Shown one piece after another: positions 39,433 to 51,252 of a stretch of DNA of 64,000 bases. The notes beneath the pieces are model-generated. The model ran no database searches, was not told the origin of the DNA, and worked only from the letters and a program-made list of their open reading frames with translations. How positions within the stretch are numbered: position 1 is the stretch's first letter; each line of letters begins with the position of its first letter. The position numbers and the translations under genes were made by a program. Origin of the DNA: Camelus ferus (lineage: Eukaryota); the NCBI RefSeq assembly GCF_009834535.1, contig NC_045697.1, forward strand, positions 97,714,001 to 97,778,000, written 5' to 3'.

Positions 39433-41149
39433 AATATAACCAATATGCTTTAAAACACTCAGCAATGTATATAATAGGGCTTTAAATTACAGAGAAGAAT
39501 ACAAAATATCAAATCTATGTACCTGGAAAAAGTTAACGAACATAAGTCAAAGTCAAAGTTTATCTTTACTGCCTAGCGCAGTCTTTGACATGTAGCAAAT
39601 TTTTCATAAATATGGTAAAATACAGACAAGAGAGAGCCGTATAGTCAAGAAAAGGTTAAGAGAGGGGAGGTTATCTACCTAAGTGAAAGTGATAAATATG
39701 TTTTCTCTAGGATTCATCAAAGTCCCTCACCAATTCAGAAATTACATATTCTATTTTATTTCATGTGTGGTTTGTTGCGATCATCTATTTATACATAGTT
39801 AATACTTTACCTAACAAAAGAAAGGAAGACATAAATAATCATGCTTTGCCCCTGATGCCTTCAATTTGCCCAGAAAAGTTTATATGCATAGTTTTACATA
39901 AACATAAAAAAGTTTCTAATAAAATTATGGAAATATTTTAGTGAGTAAACCTAGAAGACTTTGCTTGAAGATATGCATTTAAAGCATAATCATAATGCCT
40001 CTTTGTAGCAGACCATATAATAACCGTGATATTATGAGACAAAACAATATTATAGGCTTCTTCAAACAGAGGGAAGGTTACCTCCTAAAGAAGCAAGGCT
40101 CACCTAACGAGTTTTGAGTTCAGAATTTTGAATAACATGATAGTTTTATCCTGAATAACTGCAAATATGTACATTGTATTTCCAGATTGTTGGTGTTGAA
40201 CGTAACCCACTGTTTGTTATTTTAAAGAATGCTGACATTGGGAGGAGGCTACTTACTACAGGATAATACTGGGGAAGATGAAAGGCTGACAGAGCACATG
40301 AAGGGGGCATGACCACACAGTCCCTGGGATGGCCTACGGTTTGGGGCATAAATCTTACGGCCACCAATGAAACAATAAAAAAGGACATTTCATAATATTA
40401 GCACTGAGGTAAATTATCATCAGGCTACGAAGAGAACATCACACATACTTGAAAGGAAACCAAGAGACCCCCTGCTCCTAGACATACAGTCAGAACAGCT
40501 TGTCTCAGTGCACCCCTCCAATCGACAACCACCATCGTCACTGAACAAAATAAACAGAAAACAAGCAATGAAAATCAGATTCTTTGTGGCACTACAGAGT
40601 GATCATGGCATCAAGATTTGAGGGCTCGTGACCTCAGAGAAAAAGGCAAAATCATTGAAGGGAACTGACATTTCCTCATTATTTTCCTTGAAGTATTTGT
40701 TTATTCTTAATCCACGTGCATTAAGAGAAGAATCCAAAATTAAAGTGGCATCAGAGAAGCTGAGAGTTGAGCAGAGCTTTCAGCAATCTCACAACACACG
40801 GAAAGAATAATCGAAATTTGGGTTACCATAGCAGCCAGGACTTGGCAAGCCAAGCACCTAGGGGAAAAAAGGAAATAATGGAGAAGGGACCCAGTGTTCT
40901 GAGCTGCACTGTCACTTGAGACATGTAGATTCCAGAGTTCCATGGGGTGAGAAGGTGAAGGTGGCAGAGTGGAAGCAAGGAGGCTAAGAACCTAGGCAGA
41001 GCTGCCGGCAATCTCTTATCGTTGGGGAGACAAAAACTCGTCTGGGCTTCCAGAGGAGGAGGTTTTGATTAAGGCACTGCTTTCACTTGAGACTCAAGAA
41101 GAATTTTCATGCATTACTAGTGGAAATGTAAATTCTTCCACTGACCTTG

Positions 41150-41478
41150 CAGAACAAGAATGGGTATTTTTGTTTTGGCCGAGGGAGATCCTGCCTTACA
41201 AAGTCACTCAGGAATCGAGGCTGTCAGTGGCCCCAATATCTTCAAAATACAGCTTCTAAGTGAAATACGTCTCTTACTCCACTGCAGACTGGGTGATACA
41301 GACGGTAGAGGGAAAACAGTTATGGGCTGGGTCTTATAAGTGGTCAACATCGCTTCCATCCACGTGCCACTGGCAGGAACTCAATTATATGGCCACCTTT
41401 CACAGCAAGGGGAATTTAGCTCTGTATCCAAAAGGCAGGTAAATAAATTTGATGAACAGCTAGCCAGTCTCTGCCACA
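41150..41478 (-). mobile_element. MLT1 (MLT1K/L-like) fragment
   Basis: agtcactcaggaatcgaggctg...ccactggcaggaactcaattatatggccacc...gaacagctagccagtctctgccaca. Confidence 0.65.
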
Positions 41479-43146
41479 GCCTGTTTCTCATCATTTACAC
41501 ACATATAAAATAGCATTCCTTAAACATAAAGACGTAAGACATAAAAATGCTTAATAGATATTTCATATCTTAATTTTATTTTACTACATGCAAGTGAAAT
41601 TTCTCTATGAACCAGTCTCTTAGAACAGGTAGTTGCCCTACACTAAAAGAACAACTATCTAGGCTCAAAAGGTTATCCTCAAGCTTTTTGCTGATTTAAC
41701 AGGAAAATTTAATAGAAACTTCCTTTAGTTCTCACTTTATGCACACCAGTGATAAAACTGTTAAAAAAAAGAAGGAAATTCTACAGAGTTGAAAAACTAA
41801 TGATATAAGCAGCTATTAAAGACTGTATCGCCACGTAGGATGGATAATCACAGCCCTTATTGGAAGTCTTAAAATAGAAGTTCTCATGGCATTCTGGGCA
41901 TTAACCCTTTACAAAAGCTAAACAAATTGCTTTGTGATTAATCTCTAATTTGAATCTGCCATGGTAAATGATCCTAAGCAGTTAGTTTAAAGAGAAACTG
42001 TCATTTTCAGCAATTTATTTGATTATGCTTTTGAAATTTACCCACTAGTGTTTAAGGATAAACGTAAACCTGTGGGCGCTATCCCCGTCACTGTGTCGTT
42101 CACTAAGATTTTTCCAGGGAGATTAAAATGTGTTTTCTGCAGAGGTATTAACTTACCAAGCTTTATTTTAGCAATCAAGGAATTGCAAATAAGCACAAGG
42201 AGAGGTCACGATTAGGCAGAAAATGTATTGCTTCCTGTGTCCTTCATTTATCATGGAATTTACATTATAAATTTCATCCTAGTAAATAGAAACTTTTTTT
42301 TTTTGTAATAGTTTACCTTGCCTTTAGCCAAGTTTAAGCAAGAATTGGGAATTATGTATTTTTAACATAAACATTTTAAAATACTTTGCTCCCTAATTTT
42401 TATAGTTTGTTCAATTAATGTTGAGAGAGCAGCCAAAAAAGGAAAGAAAGCTCTCTGCTAACATTTAACTTGGCTAACATCTGTTAAGCACTCTTTCCTT
42501 GTTCTTTACATATATTGTCTTAATTATTTTACGTCTCCAATTCGTCTCACCTCTCATGGAAGGTAGCTATTATAGGGACTGACATTCAAGTGCTTTGCCC
42601 CGTGTGACTTAATTAGCACCCTTCCTTCTGACTAGACCATGCCTTTCTGGTCATTAAATATCTGAAGGACCCTCTCTGGGAATTACTATCCCATTTTATA
42701 GAGATAAGCACTGTAAGAGAAAAGAAGCATCAACAACCATTGATAAATGCACGTCTGGGAGAAGATGGAGTAGAGACACAAATATATTAAAATCCAAGGA
42801 ACAGAATCTTTATAACATGTTATACTTAATGCTCATATAAAACAAATCACAATCTGTATTTATTCACATACTTACTTTTGCATGACTTATTAAATCAAAA
42901 CTTTTTAAAACTTGAGTAACATATGAGGAAAACATTTCCATGCATTAAAACATGTGCTTAATTATCAAAATGAGAAATCACAAATTATCAGAGAGTGTAG
43001 TGTATTCACTGTTATGAAAACTGAATCCAGTGTGTCTGATGTTATCTGTGCTTTGACTCTTCCTTTACCATAAGCAGACTATCACAACATTATCGCAAAC
43101 CAAATACTAAAGTCCTGAAAATAGCAAGGTAATAGTTTTGATGTGG

Positions 43147-43150
<4 letters not shown>

Positions 43151-43188
<38 letters not shown>
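43151..43188 (+). repeat. (GT)19 microsatellite
   Basis: Perfect dinucleotide run read directly. Confidence 0.95.
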
Positions 43189-43191
<3 letters not shown>

Positions 43192-43259
43192 TACTTGAGA
43201 ATATAAAAGGTAGCAGAACTTTAAGGTAGCAAGTGGGAGTTTCTTTCTTTCTTCACTTC

Positions 43260-43386
43260 TTTTTTTTTTTTGGTTGGGGGAGGTAATTAGGTTTATTTAT
43301 TTATTCTTAGAGGAGGGATGGGGGTTGAACCCAGGACCACTTGCATGCTAAGCATGCACTCTGCCACTTGAGATATACCCTCCTCC
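43260..43386 (-). mobile_element. tRNA-derived SINE, camelid Vic-1 type
   Basis: Minus strand ggagggtatatctcaagtggcagagtgcatgcttagcatgcaagtggtcctgggttcaacccc (A/B boxes), then aaataaataaacctaattacctccccc and poly(A). Confidence 0.88.
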
Positions 43387-44274
43387 CTCCTTTACCTTTA
43401 TTTTACTCACACACATACACACAAAAACATTTACAACATAAAAGAAATCTTTTTCTCCCCCACATGACAATGATGAGATACCTTTAAATAAAGCAATCAT
43501 ATGTATTGCTTTGTTTTGTTATCCTTAGACTAATAAAATTAGGGAATTTGAGTATTTATGATTATAATAAAAATTTGGCAATCAACACAACTTATTCATA
43601 TTTACAAAAATACATGGCATCTGGCTCTATCTGAAGGGAATCTATACCCTAGTTCAATCTTAGTTCCCTACAACATATCCATAAATCCCCAAACAGCTAA
43701 TCATGAAAATATTAATGAAATGAGCACATGCTTTATTTATAAGTCTTGGCTTCCTAGGCCCTTATTACATTGCCAGAGAAGAGGGATATTAAAATAAATG
43801 ATATCTGTGTTCAGCACTGAAAATAAATCAAAAGAGCCATAATGTCAGTTATAATAGATTCCAGTCAAATGTCATTTTGCCACCCTAAACTGAATCAACA
43901 TTTTCAACAATTCTAGAACAATTTCAGCTAGCTGTAATTGGCTAAGTGGAATAATTAAAAACCCCAAATATATAAAGTATTGCAAGATAATACTTTATAT
44001 GATATCAATAAATCAATATCCTTAACACATTTTAGATTTTTCAGAATTACGTATTAGGGATTTACACACTGAATCATAAGCTTGTAATTCACTACACACT
44101 TTATATTTATAAAAATCATCAGTATAACTTAATGGTAGTGCTTTGTAAAAGCAGAATTTTCTTCTTTTTGATCTTGTTAAGGTGAAATATTTGGCTAGAG
44201 CAAAAAATAATTGTTTGCTGGAAGCATACTCATTCACAAAATCATAAAGGAATAGGTGGATGTTGAGGCTGACC

Positions 44275-44293
44275 TCACCTCTAGGGGGCGCCA
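44275..44293 (+). promoter_or_regulatory. CTCF-binding motif
   Basis: TCACCTCTAGGGGGCGCCA closely fits the CTCF core CC[A/T/G][C/G][C/T]AG[A/G][G/T]GGC[A/G]C; it lies in unique AT-rich DNA with its CpG retained. Confidence 0.65.
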
Positions 44294-45249
44294 TTCTCAC
44301 TGGACAGTTGTGCGGTTTACAGCCACATGTAGTGCCTTTGGGTGGAATGATCTCCAGAATTCACTATTTAAACAAACGATATGTCTTCTCTAATTTCTAG
44401 CCTATTATATTTCCTTATCCTTTGCAAAAGAAAAAAGAAAAAAACTTCATGGCATTTCAAATGGTTTGGGCCTCTTATCCACTGAGCAGTCTGACTTTTT
44501 GTGAAACTTCTCTTTCCTCAATTAGTCTTGCCCTGGCTGCTCCTGCAGAGGCTTATAAAGCCATTTTTCCATTAGAGACATTTTAAACCCCCATCTCTCC
44601 AGGCACCCGTGCCTTTGAACAGCTCTAACACATCTAATCTGTGCATTCATCTAGCTGCTTAGACTTGGCTAATTCATACATATGGCAGCAGTCAAAATTT
44701 AATAGAAAGTGCATTTAAAAATTGTGTTCAAAACAAAGTATGGCCTAAAACAGGAATGGCAAGTTGAATCTGCCATGAATTTATGGTGTCTCACAAATGA
44801 CCCACCACAGAGTTACACTCTCATCAAGAATGACCAGTTAATTAACCTTCGTATAATTCAAAGTCATTCACTCATTACTGCAGGCAAGCAAAGTCATCAC
44901 AAGGATAGCATACTCCTCCTTCTCAGTACAAGGAAATTGTCACCTTTATTCTCCAGAATTCCTGTCTTTGGATCTCAGCACCAAAACTCCTGCCTTGCTT
45001 TTATGTTATAACAAAATAATATTAACAATTCAAAATACAGCAGATGGCGACAATATCAAAAACACAACAGATTTGCTAATAATTTACTTTCCTATCTTTA
45101 TAAAAATCATTTACATAAAAATGCCACTGTGACATTTAGTATTTCATAAATGTATTCTGTATTTAGTTGACTACAGTCCAGGTTTGGGGACTCTTTAAAA
45201 CATCTCATCTTGGTATCTCTCCAAAAAGAAACAGGTAACTTCTTTAAAA

Positions 45250-46140
45250 GTTTTCCCTGTGGATACCTACTGTACAACTGATGCTTTCAAAATGTCCATT
45301 CCCAGCTTAAACGTCTCTCCTGGGTTTGCAACCTCTACTATTTCTCAGCACATCCATTTAATTCTCATTCTAAAATTGAGCTCACCATCCTCCCCACAAA
45401 CCTGATCTACTGTCCTGCCCCCTATCTTAGTAAATAGCCCTGCCGTTTAACCCAGTTACTCCAGATAGAAACCTAGGTGTTAACCTGGACATCAACTTCT
45501 CCATCATCTTTCACATCTACTCAGCCACAACCTGTACATACTGCCTCCTAAGTATTTCCGTCATCTCTTCTTCCCTCTCCCCAGTGTGAAAGCTTCCTAG
45601 TCCAGCCATCAGATTCCTTTGCTTGGGCAATTGGAGCAGCCTTCTCTCTCCAATTCCAGTCTTGCCCCATTACAATCTACCCTCCATTCTGAGAGGATAA
45701 AATCCACACTTCTTAAGTTCCCTCCATGAATTCTTCCCAACATGTTTTTCCACCCTCAAATTCCAGAATGCTCACCATTCCTTCACAGGGACTGTATTAC
45801 AATGCTTTCAGTTTCGCTCACAAATTATGATCTCTTACCATTGCGTGGTCAGACTTTCTGCAGCATCGGCCTGAAATTCACCCTAAAAGCCCCTGGGTGA
45901 CACCTGTCCATCATTCATTTATCAGTTTGAACATTACAGAGGCCAGGAGACCTACTCTGGCCTATTACAAGATTAAATCATGTCCCTGCCTGAATTCCCA
46001 AAGGTATTTCCCCTATAATTAACACTCTCTCTCATATCCTCTCTTGTCCCTCTTACTTATCTCTTGTGAGCTTTTAAATCTGTGCGGGTGTGGCTCTCTT
46101 CCTCATTCACCTGTGTAATGCCAGTCTCTATCACATGTCT
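45250..46140 (+). mobile_element. L2 LINE 3' fragment
   Basis: aaattgagctcaccatcctccccacaaacctg...cttagtaaatagc...cccagttactccagatagaaacctagg, pyrimidine-rich L2-like sequence. Confidence 0.75.
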
Positions 46141-46244
46141 ATGATTTTAAAGCAGAAACTTCTAGCTTGAGGTCAGACTTTAGACATAATATGAAAGAAA
46201 CTGAAATATTTTTTTAAAAGCCAACAGATTGGGAGGAGAGGGAT

Positions 46245-46482
46245 TTTTAGCACCCTGGGCTCTGAGCCAGACAGCCTGGTTCAAAACTGAGATCTGTCCC
46301 TCACTAGTGGTGTGACCTTGGGCAAGTTACTTAAACATTGCTGTGCCTCAGTTTGCTAATCTGTAGTGTGAAGACAGTTATACTTACCTCACAGCTTTAC
46401 TGTGAAGGTTAAAGGATAAAATACAGTGCTTACAATAGTGCCTGGCACAGAGAAAAGCTACAGTAAATCTTTATTATTATTA
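46245..46482 (+). mobile_element. MIR (near full length)
   Basis: ggctctgagccagacagcctggttcaaa...tgtgaccttgggcaagttacttaa...gtgcctcagttt...acaatagtgcctggcacag...attattatt. Confidence 0.9.
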
Positions 46483-48019
46483 CTAATGTTTTAAGCGGGA
46501 AAATATAGAGTCAGACTGTGTTCAAAGTCTTACTTTGATACACTCTAAATCTTGTCATCTTGGTCAAGTGACTCCACTTTTGCAGTGTCAGATTCCTCTT
46601 CTCCATAAAACAGGGGACAGAAAATGCTTGGCAAAAACAAACCAACTAATGTTAATGTTATGCTATATTAGACAGTTGAATTGAGAGAGAGGAAAGTTCT
46701 TGCTTAAGTTGAAATCTTGTTCACTTAAAGTCGTAGCATTAGTAAATCTGACATATAAGCTTCAGTTCCTCTAACCTCAGTTAAAAATCTTTATCACTTA
46801 CTGTAATTAAAAATAGATGAACCTACAGTGCACATTAGGTACAAATGCCCAAGAGAGCCAAATGCAAGAAATTAAAATTAATAGTAACTTGTATGAAAAG
46901 AACCTTCCTGTGAATTGGCTCATCTGGGGGAAAAAATGCAATTTCTTTTTTTCTATAGAATAAAGGTAAAATATTTACTCTTGCTGTTTTTAGATTGCCT
47001 CTCAGGAGTATTGAAGGTTACAGTTCTGGACATAACTTTATAGATTTTTTCTTATGTATATTCTTTTAAACATAGATTATGTTATAGTAACTCTATCAGC
47101 TGAAAGATAAAAATTTTAACCATTTCTACTATGTTCTCCTTGGGTCACAAAATTTTAATAACATTTCTCTGGTTCCCTCATTCCGTTGTGTAGCATTTAC
47201 TGTGATAGAACTTGTTATCCAGGACTCATTCCTTTGCTGTTTCATCATGCTGAACCAGAGGAAGTTTTAACTAATATCAAATCATGATTATCAGCAAACT
47301 CATCAAGGCATTGTATTTAAGTCATTTACCTTTATTCCATGCTGAATGGAATCTTTATGTGTGAAATCCTAATATACGTATTTATTAGCCAAACTGCTCA
47401 CAATATGTACAGATCATTTAGCAGCTGTCCATATCAGCATGTCTACCTTTGCATAGGGTTTTAAATGTCCTACTGAATGATGCAAAGGGAAGAAGTGGAT
47501 TCTAATACATCATGAGACAAGTAGCCAAAATGTTCTGAGCTGAATCAGAGGCAAAGCACCACAAATCAAGCAGACCCTTCACTTATGAACGAGAACAGAG
47601 CTTCTCTAAGGTTGCAAGACTGCATACCTGCATACCTGGCTCTGAAATAATTCCAGTAGGGGTGGCAGTAAACTGGAATTCCAGGCAGAGAGGTGTGGAG
47701 GGCGGGTGTGGCAGCAGTTCAGTCAGCAAGCCAGGTCTGCAGCATGGTTTGGGGCAATGTTCCTGGAAGCTGAGTCTTGGGCCTGTTTATTTAGTCACCT
47801 TAGCATTCTATGAGTTACCCTTTGAAAAAATAAAAATAAACGCTTTTCCTCCTTCATCAGTAAGAGTCCATTTCTGTTGCTTTTAACAAGAATTTCTATG
47901 AATAGCCTAACACAGAATTCTTTTAACAACTCCAAAGGGATCCAGTCTAGGTGGAATTGCATCGAGAGTAGGAGAGAAAGAATGGAGCAATTAAAATTTT
48001 AAATTATCATTTTCAAATG

Positions 48020-48165
48020 CTAATCATTACCAGGCTCTGTGTTGAAGCTTGTCACACATCATCTCATTTAATCTCCACAATAGCTTAATGAGAACAATAT
48101 TATCGCTATGATGTTAAAGAAGAAACAGGGACAGAGATTAATTAACTTGCCCAAGGTCTCAGCAG
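48020..48165 (-). mobile_element. MIR fragment
   Basis: ccaggctctgtgtt...catctcatttaatctccacaa...gaaacagggacagagattaattaacttgcccaaggtc. Confidence 0.75.
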
Positions 48166-50001
48166 CTATTGATGACCAGAGCCCTGAGACACTGTAGCTC
48201 TAGGTCACCAGTATTCTTGCTTATGGCCACTCAGTTGTTTCATATTGCTGATACGTTTAAAGCAAGGAGGTAATGAATCAGCTCACCATTTGCACCAGCT
48301 ATTGCTATCCACACAACTCTTTTTTCCAAATGCCTATAATAAATGTGAAAGTACTGGCTGACTTCCTGTCCTTTCTTGGCACTTTCCCCATGTTTATCTT
48401 CAGGTCCGAGGTCCTTCGAGTGTAAGCCCTGTATCTGCACTTTAGCACATTAAACATCAACTTTCAACCCTGCCTGGATGAAGAGGTTCATCTTCCCTTA
48501 GATGTCAACATAAAGTCAGAGCAATCCTTGGTCTTCTCTTGTCAGTTCCTAAGAATACAAACATTTTTATATGGGTTTGTTTTAGAAGGAATCCACCAAC
48601 TTGAAACACAAAAGCTTCTCAAAATCCAAGTTGAAAAAATATTTTTAAATTCTCTGGAAATCGACAAGGCAGATCCCAATTCGAGGTGTAATTAACACTA
48701 TTAATCATTTATTATCCCTAAAAATATATGACTACAGAAGCAAAGTCCTTCAAGAGATTAAAAAAATAGATTTTAAAAATACAAACAACATTTAAAAAAT
48801 TCAAATCATTTATAGAATATCAACAGTCAAAAAAATCTCTGCAAAGAAATCTAAACTATGTGTTTGTTTCCCCTACTCCCAAAAAGGTCCCCAATATCTT
48901 TGCAAGGGATTACTGAAGAGGGGCACTTAAAGTCCAAATAAAACATTAAATAAACAACAGAAAATACATGTGGAAAATATTTGATTGAATAGATATATAA
49001 CCAGCACCCATCTCTAAGGATTTCTCTTGCAGGTTACTTAATTGACCTCAATCCTTCACAGACACAGTGTCCATCATGACATCATACAGACCATTTTCCT
49101 AAATAATGTAAGTTAGACACCCAAGCAGAAAACTTTCCTTCGGTGCTAAGTCTCCCTTTCTGGAGACTTCTCTTCCCAGTTTGTCTTCTATCTCCCTCTG
49201 TGACCTCAGAACCTATCAATTTGCGCCCATTTCATTGGCCACTCCTATTGTTTCCTATGAGGCTGACTTGATTTTATTACATGTTTTTAACTTTTGTTTT
49301 TATTTCTACATTATATCTGTGTTTAGCACCATTTCCCTATCTGTGTATATGGGGATGGTTCTAATTCCCCATTTTTGTCTCTCTGCATATTTTGATCAGT
49401 TCCTGGGAAGGAAGGTGAGTCTTTTCTTAGTATCAACTCTAAGCTCCAAAAGAGTAGGGACTTCCGGGATTTTTGATCATCACTTTGTCCCCAGTAACTA
49501 GATCACCTACTACCATCATTATCCTTAGGTAATGGTTCTTCCTACTTAGCAGAGGGTAGTTAAGCTATAATCTGCTTTCACAGATTTTTGGAAACAAACA
49601 GATGAGCTAGCATGAGCTCTAACTTCCTGATCTGCAGACTGAGAACAAAAGTAATCCTGCTGCTTCATATGATAGTTTAAAGAAGCGATCTCTAGTATAT
49701 GTGATAATGTTTTGTAAAATACAAACATTCGTATCATTACTTCTTTATTCATAGAACTTTTGTGTAAAATACTTTTCATTAGTTCCTATTTCTTCTGCCT
49801 TGGTGTATGAATTCACTTTGATTTCTTTCTGTCAACAGTTTTTCTTCTTTTCCTACATTACTGTAAGCTTTTTTAAAATGGTGTTTGTGGAAATTAAAGG
49901 TGACAGAAATTCTAAAAAAAAAAAAAAAAAGGTTTTTATTTGCTAATAGAAATTTGTCCATTGGAGTACTTATTTCTTAGTGATCAAAACCATGACTCCT
50001 G

Positions 50002-50224
50002 GTTGAGGAAAGGGATAAATTAGGAGTTTGGGATTGGTGGATACAAACTACTGTACATAAAATAGATGAACAGCAGGGTCCTCCTGCTTAGCACAGGGAA
50101 CTATTGTCAATATCTGGTAATAACATATAATGAGAAAGAATATATACGTACAACTGAGTCACTATGCTGTACATCAGAAATGAACACAACATTGTAAATC
50201 AACTATACTTCAATTAAAAAAAAA
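50002..50224 (+). mobile_element. Short cetartiodactyl L1 3'-end insertion with TSD
   Basis: gggataaattaggagtttgggatt...gcacagggaactatt...tgtaaatcaactatacttcaatt plus poly(A). TSD aaaaccatgactcctg (49986-50001) / aaaacacgactcctg (50225-50239). Confidence 0.9.
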
Positions 50225-50779
50225 AAAACACGACTCCTGTCATTGCTATACCAAGGACGGTCTTCAAGGATAGGCCACTGAGGTTTTATATAGTTTTGAT
50301 CTCAGTTAATTTAAGCTTTGAAAACATGCAATGTAGGAAAACTGTATTCAAATTTGAACTAAGTAATATTTTATTAATATGTTGGAAATGTATTTCCTTC
50401 TCCTTCCATTTCTAATTAACTAGAGCCTTTCATTTAAATAAAGATAAACCATGTTTGGTTCTTGGTACTTAAATTCCTGCAAAAATAATTCCTCTGCCAG
50501 CTTTTCAGAAATACAAGTCTGTACCTGATGTTATTCTTTTACTTAATCATGTCAAGAAAAGACAGGATTGTACCATTTATTCATTTTAATATTAATTTAA
50601 TTTTTCTATTCAAAGATGATTCCTTTATAGTATAAAAGGGAAAATGAGAACTAAATTGGAATCACTCTCATCCTTTTCCAGTCCCAAAATGAAAAATGTC
50701 CCTGTAATCATTTATGTTCTAAAAGAGCACCAATTTTGAATACCAGAAAACCTTTAAAGAGTAAATTAAGCTAGGGTGC

Positions 50780-51252
50780 TGTTATGAGTTAAATTGTGTC
50801 CTCCTTAAAATTCATATTTTGATGTCCTAACCCCCATACTTCAGAATTCGACCATATTTAGAGACAGAGCTTTTAAAGAGATAATTAAATGAAAATGAAA
50901 TTGTTATGGTGGGCTCTAATCCAACATGACCCGTGTCCTTATAAGCAGAGGAAAGGTGGACACAGATACAGAGAGAAGAGTATGTGAAGACACAGGGAGA
51001 AATTGTCCATCTACAAGCCAAGAAGAGAGGCCTGGAACAGACCCTTCCCTCACACCGCTCAGAAGAAACCAACCTCGATCTCAGATGTCTAGCCTCCAGA
51101 GCTGGCAGAAAATAAAGTTCCTTTGTTTTAATCATTGTTGTTAAAATGATCTGTCAAAGTCCTCTTAGCATCCTGCTGTAGCAGGTGCTAGTAATTCTCT
51201 ATCCGGCCGCCTGTCTGTGGATTTGTTACGGCAGCCCGGGCAGGCTAATACA
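50780..51252 (+). mobile_element. MLT1A/B-like solo LTR with an internal ~75-bp foreign insert
   Basis: TG...CA ends: tgttatgagttaaattgtgtcc...ctaatccaacatgac...tagcctccagagctg...aataaa...tttgttacggcagccc...ctaataca. Confidence 0.88.

Noticed and set aside
43315..43386. Possible tRNA gene (also 59135-59201)
   Set aside because: The tRNA-like head is followed by a SINE tail and poly(A) and carries disrupting mutations; these are SINEs.
48287..48333. Minus-strand exon candidate (tag|GCATTTGG...CAAATG|gtgagc)
   Set aside because: 47 nt, weak pyrimidine tract, no recognisable peptide and no partner exons.
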